Source: a bacterium
Lineage (GTDB): Bacteria; Lindowbacteria; 2-12-FULL-62-27
Assembly: GCA_016202645.1 (NCBI GenBank)
Contig: JACQOF010000140.1
Location: 25 to 64,024, forward strand
Reading direction: 5' to 3'
Length of the DNA stretch: 64,000 bases
Below the pieces are notes generated by a model, which made no database searches, had not been told where the DNA came from, and saw only the letters and a program-made list of their open reading frames with translations. Position numbers and translations under genes: made by a program. Shown here piece after piece: positions 1 to 9,597 of this stretch (positions are counted from its first letter, which is position 1; each line of letters begins with the position of its first letter).

Positions 1-13
1 ATCGCAGGGCGGA

Positions 14-41
14 CTGGATTCCCGCTTTCGCGGGGATGACG
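14..41. repeat. family A hairpin unit (solo; the partner may lie left of the window)
   Basis: CTGGATTCCCGCTTTCGCGGGGATGACG, the reverse orientation of GTCATTCCCGCGAAAGCGGGAATCCAG. Confidence 0.9.
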
Positions 42-70
42 AAGAGGGCTGAATAGTAACCTTTGCAGCA

Positions 71-105
71 CCCCCCTCCCAACCTCCCCCTCAAGGGGGG
101 AGGAG
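71..105. repeat. family B C-run/G-run hairpin element
   Basis: CCCCCCTCCCAACCTCCCCCTCAAGGGGGGAGGAG. Confidence 0.9.
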
Positions 106-140
106 TTTTTCTATCGAGCCTCTAAAAAAGTGGTTTACGA

Positions 141-1370
141 TTGCCCTTCGAGGTGTTACATATGTCTCTTGTGAAACGGGTAATTTCCGGTAGGGGCCTG
201 CCGCACGGCGGCAGGCTCATCAAGAATTTTGTCTCCAAGGAAGGTCAGCGCAAGAGTCTGATCGAACGGGCCCGGCGGCTCAGGCAAATCGCCGTGCCGG
301 ACCGGATCGTGTCCGACATAGAGATGCTGGCCTCCGGAGCGCTGTCGCCGCTGACGGGGTTCATGGGCAGCAAGGACCTCAAGTCAGTTCTGCGGCGGAT
401 GCACCTCGCAAACGGCCTTCCCTGGACCATCCCGATTATTCTGCCGGTCTCGGCGGCGCTGTCGGATGAGATCCGGCGCGGCGAATCCGTTGCTCTGACG
501 ACTGAAGCCGGGCAGGTGCTGGCGATACTCAAGGTCGCGGAAAAATACGGCTACGACAAATCCGCCTATGCCCAGGCTGTCTATCGGACGGCGTCCCTCG
601 AACATCCGGCCGTCAAAATCCTGATGGACCAGGGCGAAGTCGCTCTGGCCGGACCGGTCCGGGTGATCGCCCGGTATCCGTACGCGAATTTTCACGAGTA
701 CCGGCTGGACCCCGAAGAGACGCGCCGCCGGTTCGCCGCGGCGGGCTGGAAACGGATCGTCGGTTTTCAGACGCGCAACCCGGTCCACCGGGCGCACGAG
801 TTCATCCAGAAATGCGCGATGGAAATCGTCGACGGGCTCCTGCTCCACCCGCTCGTCGGCGAAACAAAATCGGACGATATTCCTGCGGACGTGCGGATGA
901 GATGTTACGAGGCCCTCATTCAGAATTACTACCCGCAAAACCGCGTGCTCCTCTCGGTCAACCCCGCCGCCATGCGATACGCGGGGCCGCGCGAGGCGAT
1001 CTTTCACGCCATCGTTCGAAAAAATTTCGGGTGCACGCATTTTATCGTCGGCCGGGACCACGCGGGGGTCGGGAATTTCTATGGGCCGTTTGACGCGCAG
1101 GATATTTTCGACGAGTTCGACCCGCAGCTCCTCGGCATCACCCCGCTCTTTTTCGACAACAGTTTCTTCTGCCGCGCCTGCGGCAACATGGCCACGCCCA
1201 AAACCTGCCCGCACGCGCCCGAAAACCGCGTGAGCCTGTCCGGCACGCAGGTGAGGCAGATGCTTTCCGCCGGGCAAGTGCCTCCGGCGGAATTTACGCG
1301 GCCGGAAGTCGCCCAAGTTCTGATTGAACTCATGCGAACGGACAAGCCGGTCGGCGCCGGAGCGAAATAA
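141..1370 (+). CDS. sat: sulfate adenylyltransferase (ATP sulfurylase)
   Basis: 409-aa ORF with the ATP-sulfurylase signature blocks QTRNPVHRAHEFI and HFIVGRDHAGVG. The ORF-track start is TTG at 141; ATG at 162 is equally possible. Confidence 0.9.
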   Translation: MPFEVLHMSLVKRVISGRGLPHGGRLIKNFVSKEGQRKSLIERARRLRQIAVPDRIVSDIEMLASGALSPLTGFMGSKDLKSVLRRMHLANGLPWTIPIILPVSAALSDEIRRGESVALTTEAGQVLAILKVAEKYGYDKSAYAQAVYRTASLEHPAVKILMDQGEVALAGPVRVIARYPYANFHEYRLDPEETRRRFAAAGWKRIVGFQTRNPVHRAHEFIQKCAMEIVDGLLLHPLVGETKSDDIPADVRMRCYEALIQNYYPQNRVLLSVNPAAMRYAGPREAIFHAIVRKNFGCTHFIVGRDHAGVGNFYGPFDAQDIFDEFDPQLLGITPLFFDNSFFCRACGNMATPKTCPHAPENRVSLSGTQVRQMLSAGQVPPAEFTRPEVAQVLIELMRTDKPVGAGAK

Positions 1371-1373
1371 GGG

Positions 1374-2054
1374 GTGGACCTGATCTGGCTGAAGGAAACC
1401 GCCTGTCCCGTCTGCGGGTCCAAATTCCAGTCCGAAAACATCCGGCAGAACAAGCTCATGCAAGTGACGGTCGACGAGGATTTCCACCCGCACTTTGAGC
1501 CGTTAAGCCCCCTCTACTACTCGGTCGTCGTCTGTCCCGACTGCTATTACGCGGAACGCCGGCAGAATTTTGAGGAATTGAAGGGCAAGACCCTCGGCGC
1601 GGTCAAGGCCGGCGGTGGGTCCCTCCGTCAGCTCGGGGCGGGGTTCAATTTCCGGTCGATCCGGAATTTCGCGCTCTCCATCAAAAGTTTTGAACTTGGC
1701 GCACTGACGGCCCAAATCAAAAGCGAACCGTCGGACGTCATCGGCGGGATGTTCCTTCGGGCCGCCTGGACCTGCCGGGAATCGGGGGACGAATCCCTCG
1801 AGAATGTGTATCTTCGAAAGACCCTGGAATATTATGAGAAAGCGTACATGAACGAGGCGACGGAATTCGGCCAGCTGGGCACTTGCGGGTTTCAGTACAT
1901 GATGGGGGAAATTTACCGCAGGCTCGGCAACCTCGAAAAAGCCCTGGAACTCTACATGCGGTCTGTCGCCAACAAGGAAATCCGCCAAAAACCCCAGGTT
2001 GAACGGCTCGCGCGCGAACAGCTGGCGGCGGTGAAGGCGAAGGTAAAGCCGTGA
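1374..2054 (+). CDS. DUF2225-like zinc-ribbon/TPR protein
   Basis: 226 aa. N-terminal zinc ribbon CPVCG...CPDCYY followed by a helical TPR-like C-terminus, which is the DUF2225 layout. Starts 4 nt after the sat stop. Confidence 0.6.
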   Translation: MDLIWLKETACPVCGSKFQSENIRQNKLMQVTVDEDFHPHFEPLSPLYYSVVVCPDCYYAERRQNFEELKGKTLGAVKAGGGSLRQLGAGFNFRSIRNFALSIKSFELGALTAQIKSEPSDVIGGMFLRAAWTCRESGDESLENVYLRKTLEYYEKAYMNEATEFGQLGTCGFQYMMGEIYRRLGNLEKALELYMRSVANKEIRQKPQVERLAREQLAAVKAKVKP

Positions 2055-2365
2055 TGAGTCCGACCTGTTTCCGCGCGGCCTTCATGGCTGCCTTGATCTG
2101 TCTTTTGGCGGGATGCACCACCGGGTTGGTCCGCGGGACGGTCGTGGACCAGTGGGGGAAACCGGTCGAGAACGCCAATATCCAGACCCTGCCGCCCACG
2201 CACTCGATTCTCTCCACCAAGGACGGGTTCGTCCTGGAAAACGTCGAGGACGGGGAGTACTCGCTGATCGCGTCGAAGGAGGGCTACAAGACCGGATCCG
2301 CCAGAGTTGAAGTTCGCGGGAAGAAAGTCACCTACGCGAACATCGTTCTCCAGAAATTCGAGTGA
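2051..2365 (+). CDS. small lipoprotein with carboxypeptidase-regulatory-like domain
   Basis: 104 aa. Signal peptide with lipobox LLAGC. The rest resembles a CarboxypepD_reg beta-sandwich (GTVVDQWGKPVENANI...DGFVLENVEDGEYSLIASKEGY). The start overlaps the upstream stop. Confidence 0.55.
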   Translation: MMSPTCFRAAFMAALICLLAGCTTGLVRGTVVDQWGKPVENANIQTLPPTHSILSTKDGFVLENVEDGEYSLIASKEGYKTGSARVEVRGKKVTYANIVLQKFE

Positions 2366-3642
2366 TTCGGTCCTTATTTGCCCGCCTGATTTTCAGCCTG
2401 TCCGCATGCTGCATGTGTTCCGGATTCGCCTCCGCGGCCGACCGCACCGTCGCCGGGAAAATGGACGAACCTCTGGAGATATCCCTGTCGGCGTCGGACG
2501 CGCTGTCCCAATGGTCCGTGGCGGATTATCCCGAATCCCTGGTTGAGCCGGCCGGCGTTCAGCGCCTGCCGGCGGAAACGGTTTTTCTGTTCCGTCCCAG
2601 GACCATCGGGCAGGGAAGCATCCGATTTGTCAAGCGAGCGTCCGGCGGCGCTGAAATGCTCGCCTACGAAGTCGACGTCATGATTACCGGCACGCAGCCT
2701 CTGGATATCCCGGCGGCGCCGGCGGAGCGGCCGGAGCCGGGATTGCCGCAGGCGCGGCCTGATCGGCTGCCGGCCCCAGCCGCGAAATCGGGCGGCGACC
2801 GGTCGATCTGGGCGGATCCCCTGTTCTCGCGCATGCTCCATGGCAGGCTCGGCTTCCCGGCGAAAAATCCGCCGCCGATGACGCCGACCGACACGGAAAT
2901 CGCCCTCCGGAAACTCAACCCCCTGCCCTATGATTTGTCGTATGTCCTGCCCGAGGGATCCTACTTGAACAATCCGACGCACAAAATGCCTCTGCCCGAT
3001 ACCCCGCCCGGCGTGGACGTCGTCCCGCCGGCATACCACCAGGCTTTGGAGCTGGCCCGCCGGGGACTTTTTGCGCAAGCCTCGGGAGTGCTGGACGAAA
3101 TGGTGGCGGACATGACGAAAGGCGGAAAAAAAGTGCCGGCGGCCATTCTCTCTTTCTACCGATTCGTCAACGCCCACATCCAGATGGAACTGCGGCAGTA
3201 CCCGGAGGCGGTAACGCGGTTCCGGGCGCTGTTTGAAGACAGGGATTTTGGGCTCGGTTCGCGTTTTTACGCGGCCCTCGCCACGGAACGAAACGGCGAC
3301 ACGCTCGGCGCGGTCACGGCCTACCAGGGCGTTATCTCATACGATCCGGGTGGCTACTTCACGCCGGAGGCAGCCTACCGGATCGCGCAGATTTTTTTGA
3401 GGGCGGAAGCCTACGAGAGGGCCATTGAGGAATACAAGAGTTTCATCCGGAACTACCCGCGGTCTCCATTCATTGACGACACGGTCTTCGACCTGGCCAC
3501 GATCTACGACCAGATTTACGAGCACCAGGACTTTGATCTGGCGCTCAACCTCTACGACCGGATTCTAACGGACTACGGGGAGAGCGTCTACGTCGACACC
3601 GCGGCGTCGAGAAAAAAATTCGTGCTGGAGAACTTCTTCTAG
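2362..3642 (+). CDS. secreted TPR-repeat protein (family not recognised)
   Basis: 426 aa. N-terminal signal peptide, Pro-rich linker, and C-terminal TPR/YbgF-like repeats (AAYRIAQIFLRAEAYERAIEEYKSFIRNYPRSP). Confidence 0.5.
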   Translation: MIRSLFARLIFSLSACCMCSGFASAADRTVAGKMDEPLEISLSASDALSQWSVADYPESLVEPAGVQRLPAETVFLFRPRTIGQGSIRFVKRASGGAEMLAYEVDVMITGTQPLDIPAAPAERPEPGLPQARPDRLPAPAAKSGGDRSIWADPLFSRMLHGRLGFPAKNPPPMTPTDTEIALRKLNPLPYDLSYVLPEGSYLNNPTHKMPLPDTPPGVDVVPPAYHQALELARRGLFAQASGVLDEMVADMTKGGKKVPAAILSFYRFVNAHIQMELRQYPEAVTRFRALFEDRDFGLGSRFYAALATERNGDTLGAVTAYQGVISYDPGGYFTPEAAYRIAQIFLRAEAYERAIEEYKSFIRNYPRSPFIDDTVFDLATIYDQIYEHQDFDLALNLYDRILTDYGESVYVDTAASRKKFVLENFF

Positions 3643-3674
3643 TGTAGAGCGTCCAACATGTATTGACTTAAGAT

Positions 3675-3748
3675 CGTCATTCCCGCGAAAGCGGGAATCC
3701 AGAATGGGTTGCGACAGTGACTGGATCCCCGCGTTCGCGGGGATGACG
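3675..3748. repeat. family A inverted pair
   Basis: Forward unit 3675..3702 and reverse unit 3721..3748, between convergent genes. Confidence 0.9.
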
Positions 3749-3763
3749 AATGTAAAGCATGCA

Positions 3764-5233
3764 CTAACTTTCGACGTCGATATTGTATTTGACCTTCGCG
3801 CGCTTGCGCTCCTCCTGAACCCACCGGATCAGGGTTTCCTCCCGCAGGAGCCTCAAGTAAGTCGACTGGACGATCTGGACGTCCGTGTCGGTGGGGCTGT
3901 GGGCAACGATGCGCCGCCGGCCGTTCACTTTCAGGATGTGCCACCCGAAGGAGGACTTCACCGGCTCTGACACAACTTCACCCACCGGCGCCGCAAAAGC
4001 CGTATAGCTGATGTCCCGGTCGATGGCCGTGCCGTTCGTGACTTCGCCGATCAGCGGCAGGGGATCATAGCCGGAGGGAAAGATGAGCCGCGGCATCCAG
4101 CCGAGATGTCCGCCGTCTTTGCCGGAAGCGCCTTGGGAATGGAGGCCGGCCAGCAGGGAGAACTGGTCCGGAAACTTCTGGATGGCTTCGAGAACGCGTC
4201 CGGCCCGCTCCCGCGCCATTCCCCAGTGAGTATCGGTGACGGAGTGCGGGACAAGTTCCCGAATAAGATCCTCACTCCAGGGCCGGACGTGCGCCGGGAT
4301 CCGCTCTTCGAGCTTGAAAACGTGATACCCGAACTCGGTCCGGACCGGATCGCTGATCTCGCCGGGCTGGAGCTTGAAGGTCACATCCTCGACGGAGTTG
4401 ATCATGTCACCGGATTTGTAAAACCCCATGTCCCCGCCGTCCTCGGCGTCCGGCGCCTCCGAGAACCGCCGGGCGAGGGCCGGAAAATCTTTGCCGGCTT
4501 TCGCCAGTTCGTGAATTTTTTTGATGCGCTCACCCGCCGCAACGGCTTCCGTGTCCGGCGCGCCGTCGGGAACTTTCAGAAGAACCTGCCGGGCGCGGAT
4601 CCGGGTCGGTTCCTGGATCCGGAGCGTGTTCGCGTCGTAATAGCGGCGGACGTCCGTCTCGGAAACCTCGGCGGATGGAGTAAACAGGATATGGGAGATG
4701 TCAGCCTCGTAATAGAGGTCGTTGACAATTTTCGCCCATTCCGAGTCGGATACCCAGACGCCGTCGGAAAAGGGCGACCGCGCGCGGGACACGAGAATGT
4801 CGCGTTCTGTCGATTCCTCCAGATTTTGCCACCACGCCGCCGGCGCCTGGACCAGGTAGGAATTGTAAACTTCGTCGCTCGGAAAAGCCTGCCGGACGTG
4901 ACCCTGGAGTTCCTCCTTGGTCATGTAAATCCCCATTTTTTCGGCCGTCTGCTCGAGGATCTTCCTCCCGATCATCTCGTCCGCCGCCTGCTTGCGGATC
5001 TGCCGGCGCAGTCCCTCCGTCACCTCCTGGCCTTTGTACTGGTCAAGATACCGGGACACAAGATTCTCATAGTCCCGGATCGGAATGTCGTCCCCGTTGA
5101 CGGTGAACGCCACTGACGCGCCAAACTGGGAGGAATCGATGTCCATCCCCCAGAAGGCAAAAATGGTGAAGAGAAACGCAATGGCGGTCACCAGAAACAC
5201 CGCCTTCATCCGCGCCCGAAGATACGAGAACAT
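3764..5233 (-). CDS. membrane-anchored peptidyl-prolyl isomerase, PpiD/SurA-like (two parvulin domains)
   Basis: 489 aa. N-terminal TM anchor and two parvulin cores (FGYHVFKLE, FGWHILKV). Confidence 0.8.
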   Translation of the reverse strand: MFSYLRARMKAVFLVTAIAFLFTIFAFWGMDIDSSQFGASVAFTVNGDDIPIRDYENLVSRYLDQYKGQEVTEGLRRQIRKQAADEMIGRKILEQTAEKMGIYMTKEELQGHVRQAFPSDEVYNSYLVQAPAAWWQNLEESTERDILVSRARSPFSDGVWVSDSEWAKIVNDLYYEADISHILFTPSAEVSETDVRRYYDANTLRIQEPTRIRARQVLLKVPDGAPDTEAVAAGERIKKIHELAKAGKDFPALARRFSEAPDAEDGGDMGFYKSGDMINSVEDVTFKLQPGEISDPVRTEFGYHVFKLEERIPAHVRPWSEDLIRELVPHSVTDTHWGMARERAGRVLEAIQKFPDQFSLLAGLHSQGASGKDGGHLGWMPRLIFPSGYDPLPLIGEVTNGTAIDRDISYTAFAAPVGEVVSEPVKSSFGWHILKVNGRRRIVAHSPTDTDVQIVQSTYLRLLREETLIRWVQEERKRAKVKYNIDVES

Positions 5234-5243
5234 GTTGCGGGGG

Positions 5244-5272
5244 ATGATAAATCAGGCGGGGGGACTTTTCAA
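5244..5272 (-). promoter_or_regulatory. sigma70-type promoter for the PpiD-like gene, leaderless geometry
   Basis: The minus strand reads TTGAAA-N17-TATCAT-N10-ATG. No SD. Confidence 0.5.
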
Positions 5273-5412
5273 CCGCACCGGGATCCCAATCTTTCAGGGT
5301 TCCGGAACTGCATTGCGGCTGTCGATATCGGTGTGTTACACATGGACGAGTATGCTTGAGCGATTGCCCAAGGTCACCATCGCGCAAAAGTCATGAGAGG
5401 CGCGATCCGGAA

Positions 5413-6561
5413 ATGAAGCGCGTTTTGTCGAGGACATTCCTGGTCTTATTTGGAATCGCCCTCACGCTCGGCCTCCTCGAAGCGGCCCTCCGGGTTCTCG
5501 GCCTGTTTCCGCCGCCAAGCCCCGACCGGCCCGCGGAACGGACGCCCTATGGATGGCGGATGGCGCCGAACATCCGGACGTTGAATCGCGATCTCCACGG
5601 CGAGTATTCCCACATGATCCAGTCCAACGCCCACGGGATGAACGAGGACGACGTGACGATCGAAAAACCGGCGGGAACCCGGAGGATCGCTTTTTTCGGC
5701 GATTCCTACACCGAGGCCTTTCAGGTCCGGCGGGAGGAAAATTTTGCCGAAAGGGTCGAACGGTTGCTCGGATCCCTGGGATCAGGCCGGATCCAAACAC
5801 TCAATTTCGGAATGTCCGGCTATGGCCCGGATCTCTGCTATCTCCGGTACCTTCACCAGGGCCGGGAATTTTCCCCGGACATCGTCGTGCTCGTGGACCT
5901 CGTCGAAAACGACGCGCATGACGTGACGCCGGAAGCCTATCCCAGATGGCAAAAATCGGTTTACGACGTCGATGCCGATACTTGGATTCCGGCCGAGCCT
6001 GTCCCGCCCGGCGTGACGCTGGGCGTCGACCCCAGGTCCCACCGGTGGTACAGGCGGTCGCACGTATACACGATGAAACGGGAGGCGGCCGTCCGGTGGC
6101 GGACCTGGTTCCGGGAGCGGTTCGGCAAGGTCGGAAAAACCGAATTGCCGTTTCACTGGAGGATGATGCTGACGCCGCCCGATGCCTACTGGGAAAAGGC
6201 GTGGCAAACGACGGAACGGATCATTGAGCGGTTTAAGACAGACGTTGAACGGAACGGCGCAGCCTTCGTGATCGTGATCATGCCGTCCCGGTTTGAAATT
6301 CACCCGGAATACTGGGCGGCGGTGGAGAAGCGTCATCACGTGCCTGAAAATATCGACCTATCCTTCCCCCGAAAACAAATCCGGCGCATCGCCGAACGGC
6401 TCAATCTGAATACGATCGACTTGTACGATGCGATGAAGGCCGCCGGACAAACCCAAACGCTGTATTTCCGCCATGACGGCCACCTCACGACGGCCGGCCA
6501 CAAGGTGGTGGCGGAAGAGATATCGAAACAATGGGCGGAAAAGATAAAACCGTTAAATTAA
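5413..6561 (+). CDS. membrane-anchored SGNH/GDSL-family protein (paralog 1)
   Basis: ORF 5356..6561 trimmed to ATG 5413 (MKRVLSRTFLVLFGIAL anchor). SGNH block I IAFFGDSYTEAF and block V RHDGHLTTAGHK. Confidence 0.7.
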   Translation: MKRVLSRTFLVLFGIALTLGLLEAALRVLGLFPPPSPDRPAERTPYGWRMAPNIRTLNRDLHGEYSHMIQSNAHGMNEDDVTIEKPAGTRRIAFFGDSYTEAFQVRREENFAERVERLLGSLGSGRIQTLNFGMSGYGPDLCYLRYLHQGREFSPDIVVLVDLVENDAHDVTPEAYPRWQKSVYDVDADTWIPAEPVPPGVTLGVDPRSHRWYRRSHVYTMKREAAVRWRTWFRERFGKVGKTELPFHWRMMLTPPDAYWEKAWQTTERIIERFKTDVERNGAAFVIVIMPSRFEIHPEYWAAVEKRHHVPENIDLSFPRKQIRRIAERLNLNTIDLYDAMKAAGQTQTLYFRHDGHLTTAGHKVVAEEISKQWAEKIKPLN

Positions 6562-7272
6562 CTTTTTCTTTAGAAATCCGCCCGGACAATAGGTCACACC
6601 CAGCCTGTCATAGTGGGTATCGACCTCAAAGTTCGGATGTCGCTTCAGAAAGGCCCGGATCGCGGCGGTCGGGTTGTCCTTCCGCCAGGCCGGTTTGCCC
6701 TGCGGCGCGTCGGCGACCCATTCCATGACGCCGTCAAAAACGACGAGGTAACTGCCCGGCGTTACGAGCTTCGAGTAGAGTCCCAGTTCCCGCAAAACAT
6801 GCGCACGGGTGTGGTTGGAGTCGAGCATGACCATCACCCGGTCGTTCCTCCGCAGATGCCGCTGAACGACCTTGATGGTCGACGGCAGAACGGAGCTGGA
6901 TTCGATCAGCCGGATTCGGCGGCCGAGCCGGTGGGACTCGATCGCCCGGCGGTTGTAGCCGCGGATCGCGACATCCACCGAAAGGACCTGGCCGCGGCCC
7001 AGGAGTTCCAGAATGGATGCGTAGAAAACCGCCGAGCCGCCGTGCGCCGTGCCCGTTTCGATGATCCAGTCCGGACGGACGGCATGGATCAGTTCCTGCA
7101 GAACAAGCAGGTCCTCGGGAAGCTGAATGACGGGCATGCCAAGCCACTTGATGTTGTAGGAAAACCGGTTCTGCCAGCCGGAACGAGTCCAGAGCCGCGC
7201 GAGGATTTCACAACCTTCCCTGGAATAAATGTCCATCTTTCGGCCCCGGTACGTGAAATATCTCTCGCTCAT
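6553..7272 (-). CDS. CmcI/cephalosporin-hydroxylase-like SAM methyltransferase (sugar O-methyltransferase type)
   Basis: ORF trimmed to ATG 7272, giving a 4-nt ATGA overlap with the upstream gene's stop. Core PDWIIETGTAHGGSAVFYA is typical of the CmcI family. Confidence 0.7.
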   Translation of the reverse strand: MSERYFTYRGRKMDIYSREGCEILARLWTRSGWQNRFSYNIKWLGMPVIQLPEDLLVLQELIHAVRPDWIIETGTAHGGSAVFYASILELLGRGQVLSVDVAIRGYNRRAIESHRLGRRIRLIESSSVLPSTIKVVQRHLRRNDRVMVMLDSNHTRAHVLRELGLYSKLVTPGSYLVVFDGVMEWVADAPQGKPAWRKDNPTAAIRAFLKRHPNFEVDTHYDRLGVTYCPGGFLKKKLI

Positions 7273-8354
7273 CGCACGTTTGGCTTTATCATAAGGGTGA
7301 TCTCCTTCGCAAACGCGTCGTAGCCCGCATACGGCCGGCATTTTTCGGTCCGGGTTGCGGGATCGGTCGACCGGGCCCGGTCGAGAGCCCTTCCGACCTG
7401 CGAGATCAACTCTTGCTCCGATTCATACTCGAAGAGTTCCTCCCGGACGGCCGGAGTCAGGGCCGCGGCGTATTCGGGATTGCGCTTGGCGATCATGACG
7501 CAACCCTGTGAAAGCATTTCAAGCAGGCGCATGCTCATCCCGCAGTAAGGCGGCGTTTCCGGCTGGCTGTAGATGTCCATGCCGACTTTTGAGGACGCGT
7601 ACAGCGAATAGACTTTGTCACGCTCGTAGAAGTCGCCGATAAAGCATTTCCGAATGATGGGATTGTTTCTGGCCCGGCGCCAGTTGGGGCCGGCCATGAC
7701 GCCGTTTGGATACCGGCCGATCACGGCCGTGAAGAGCGCTTCACGCTCGGGCGACCACGCGCCGACGAAACACCAGTCATACCGGCGTTCGGCGGCGGGG
7801 GCGACAGCCCGGCCTTCCTGAAACCGCATGGCGATGTCCGGCACCCGGTGCGGCAGATGCGCGGCCGCGATACCGGCCTTCCTCAAATCTGAGACGTTCA
7901 GGACGGCAATGGCGTAAATTTTTTGAAAGCTTCGCGCCTCATCAACAATCCGCTCGACCCGCCTCCCGTGCTCGATGAACCACATGTAATGAGGCACGAT
8001 CGCGGCGGCCCGGCCGATAACGGGCGCCGCCACGGCGCTGCCGCGGATCAGGACAGCCGCGTCAAACCGCCCGGACGAAACGGTCTTGAGCCACAACCGG
8101 CTGCGCCGGCCCTCGTGAGACAGCGCGGTGTTTTTGAGCAGTTCCGGATGCCGCCGGATGCGGAGATTGTGGACGAGTTTGTTCAAGGGCTTGACGAGGA
8201 TCGGCTCCCAGAAAGAGGGCGCGGACATGTCGAAGAGTTCGGTCTCCCAACCGAGCTTCCGGAAGGATTCCGCCACGCCTTCAGACAAGTGATGCGGATA
8301 CCCCCCGCCGATCAGGATCCGCCGGGTCATAAGGACACAGTCCACATACATCAC
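7269..8354 (-). CDS. glycosyltransferase, CgeB-like/Glyco_trans_1_2
   Basis: 361 aa. The C-terminal region GMSMRLLEMLSQGCVMIAKRNPE resembles GT1_2/CgeB-type transferases. Called by resemblance only. Confidence 0.55.
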   Translation of the reverse strand: MMYVDCVLMTRRILIGGGYPHHLSEGVAESFRKLGWETELFDMSAPSFWEPILVKPLNKLVHNLRIRRHPELLKNTALSHEGRRSRLWLKTVSSGRFDAAVLIRGSAVAAPVIGRAAAIVPHYMWFIEHGRRVERIVDEARSFQKIYAIAVLNVSDLRKAGIAAAHLPHRVPDIAMRFQEGRAVAPAAERRYDWCFVGAWSPEREALFTAVIGRYPNGVMAGPNWRRARNNPIIRKCFIGDFYERDKVYSLYASSKVGMDIYSQPETPPYCGMSMRLLEMLSQGCVMIAKRNPEYAAALTPAVREELFEYESEQELISQVGRALDRARSTDPATRTEKCRPYAGYDAFAKEITLMIKPNVR

Positions 8355-8363
8355 CAGTATAAA

Positions 8364-8453
8364 GGCTCAATTCTCAATGTTCAATTCTCAAGTCTCAAGT
8401 TTATCATTTGCTTTGAACTTGAAAATTGAGCCTTGAACATTGAGAATTGAGTC
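8364..8453. repeat. long imperfect palindrome with 7-nt-periodic arms
   Basis: Arms 8364..8401 and 8416..8453 are complementary at about 32 of 38 positions by hand. The arms are built from TTCTCAA-like heptamers. AT-rich, in the divergent promoter gap. Confidence 0.85.
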
Positions 8454-8457
8454 TTCC

Positions 8458-9573
8458 ATGAAGATATTCCGCCGTTTCAGCCTCGCGATGTTCTCAATGG
8501 GCCTTCTCATAGCATTCCTGGAACTCGCCTTTACCGTGATCCCGGCTCTCGAACCGGTCTTCATCCGCGAAACCCGGCAGGCCTGGCGGGACCGCATCGC
8601 CTGGGGGGACTTCTATGACCGGCTCAAGCGTCCTCACCCGGAACTCGGTTTCAGCATGACATCGGATTTTTCGGATACCCTGGCGACGTCGGAATACGTG
8701 ATGCATGTCCGAACCAGCGCGCTGACCGCGAACATGGCGATCCGGGATGATGTGAAGTCCGCGGAAGTCTGGTTTATCGGGGATTCGTTTGGATATGGCG
8801 CCGGAGTGAACAAGCGGGATCGGGTATCGGAAGTGTTCGAAGCGCTGACCGGGAAGACGGCCATGAACCTGTCGGTTTTCAGCACGGGAGTCCTTCAGCA
8901 GAGGATCATCTTGGAACGGGCGCTGGCCATCGGGACGCCGAAATACCTGGTGCACCTTCTGTTTCTCAACGACCCGATGGATGACGCCCTGTTCACGCAA
9001 AATGGCGCCAGATTGCCGCCCCAGGGAATCCGGCGGCCGTCACGCGCGGCGCGCGCGCGGATGTATCTCAGGCAGCACTCGAGTTTCTACGCGCTGTACA
9101 GCCTCGTGAAAAACCGCTACAGGCACGAAGCCATTCCCCGGCTGGCGCATGAGCACCGGGGGCGGACCGTGATGATCCCCCTGACGGCTGTGTCCTTCGT
9201 CGATGCGGAAAATCCTCTCATAAAAGAAGGCCTGGAGATCACCGGGCGGGGTATCCGGGATATCCGGGACGCCTGCGCGGCGCGCGGCATCGCATATCTT
9301 CCGGTCCTGATTCCGTCCATGGAAATGATGTTTCTCCCGGACATGAAGGACCGGGAGACGGAGTGGGCGAAGTACAGGGCGTTTTATGAAATGTTCAAGA
9401 CCCGAATCAGCGAGAGCACCCCATGCCTGGATCCCTACGATGCTCTGCGGGAGGAAGTGATGTCAGGCGATGAGCCGGTCTATTTCGGCGTGGACGGCCA
9501 CCTGACCGCGGCCGGACACCGCATCCTGGCGGAATTCCTGGTGGATAAACTCAACGCCATCCCGGCGCAATAA
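8458..9573 (+). CDS. membrane-anchored SGNH/GDSL-family protein (paralog 2)
   Basis: ORF 8440 trimmed to ATG 8458 (MKIFRRFSLAMF anchor). SGNH blocks VWFIGDSFGYGAGV and YFGVDGHLTAAGHR. Confidence 0.7.
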   Translation: MKIFRRFSLAMFSMGLLIAFLELAFTVIPALEPVFIRETRQAWRDRIAWGDFYDRLKRPHPELGFSMTSDFSDTLATSEYVMHVRTSALTANMAIRDDVKSAEVWFIGDSFGYGAGVNKRDRVSEVFEALTGKTAMNLSVFSTGVLQQRIILERALAIGTPKYLVHLLFLNDPMDDALFTQNGARLPPQGIRRPSRAARARMYLRQHSSFYALYSLVKNRYRHEAIPRLAHEHRGRTVMIPLTAVSFVDAENPLIKEGLEITGRGIRDIRDACAARGIAYLPVLIPSMEMMFLPDMKDRETEWAKYRAFYEMFKTRISESTPCLDPYDALREEVMSGDEPVYFGVDGHLTAAGHRILAEFLVDKLNAIPAQ

Positions 9574-9597
9574 TCAATATTCAATTCTCGCCAATCA

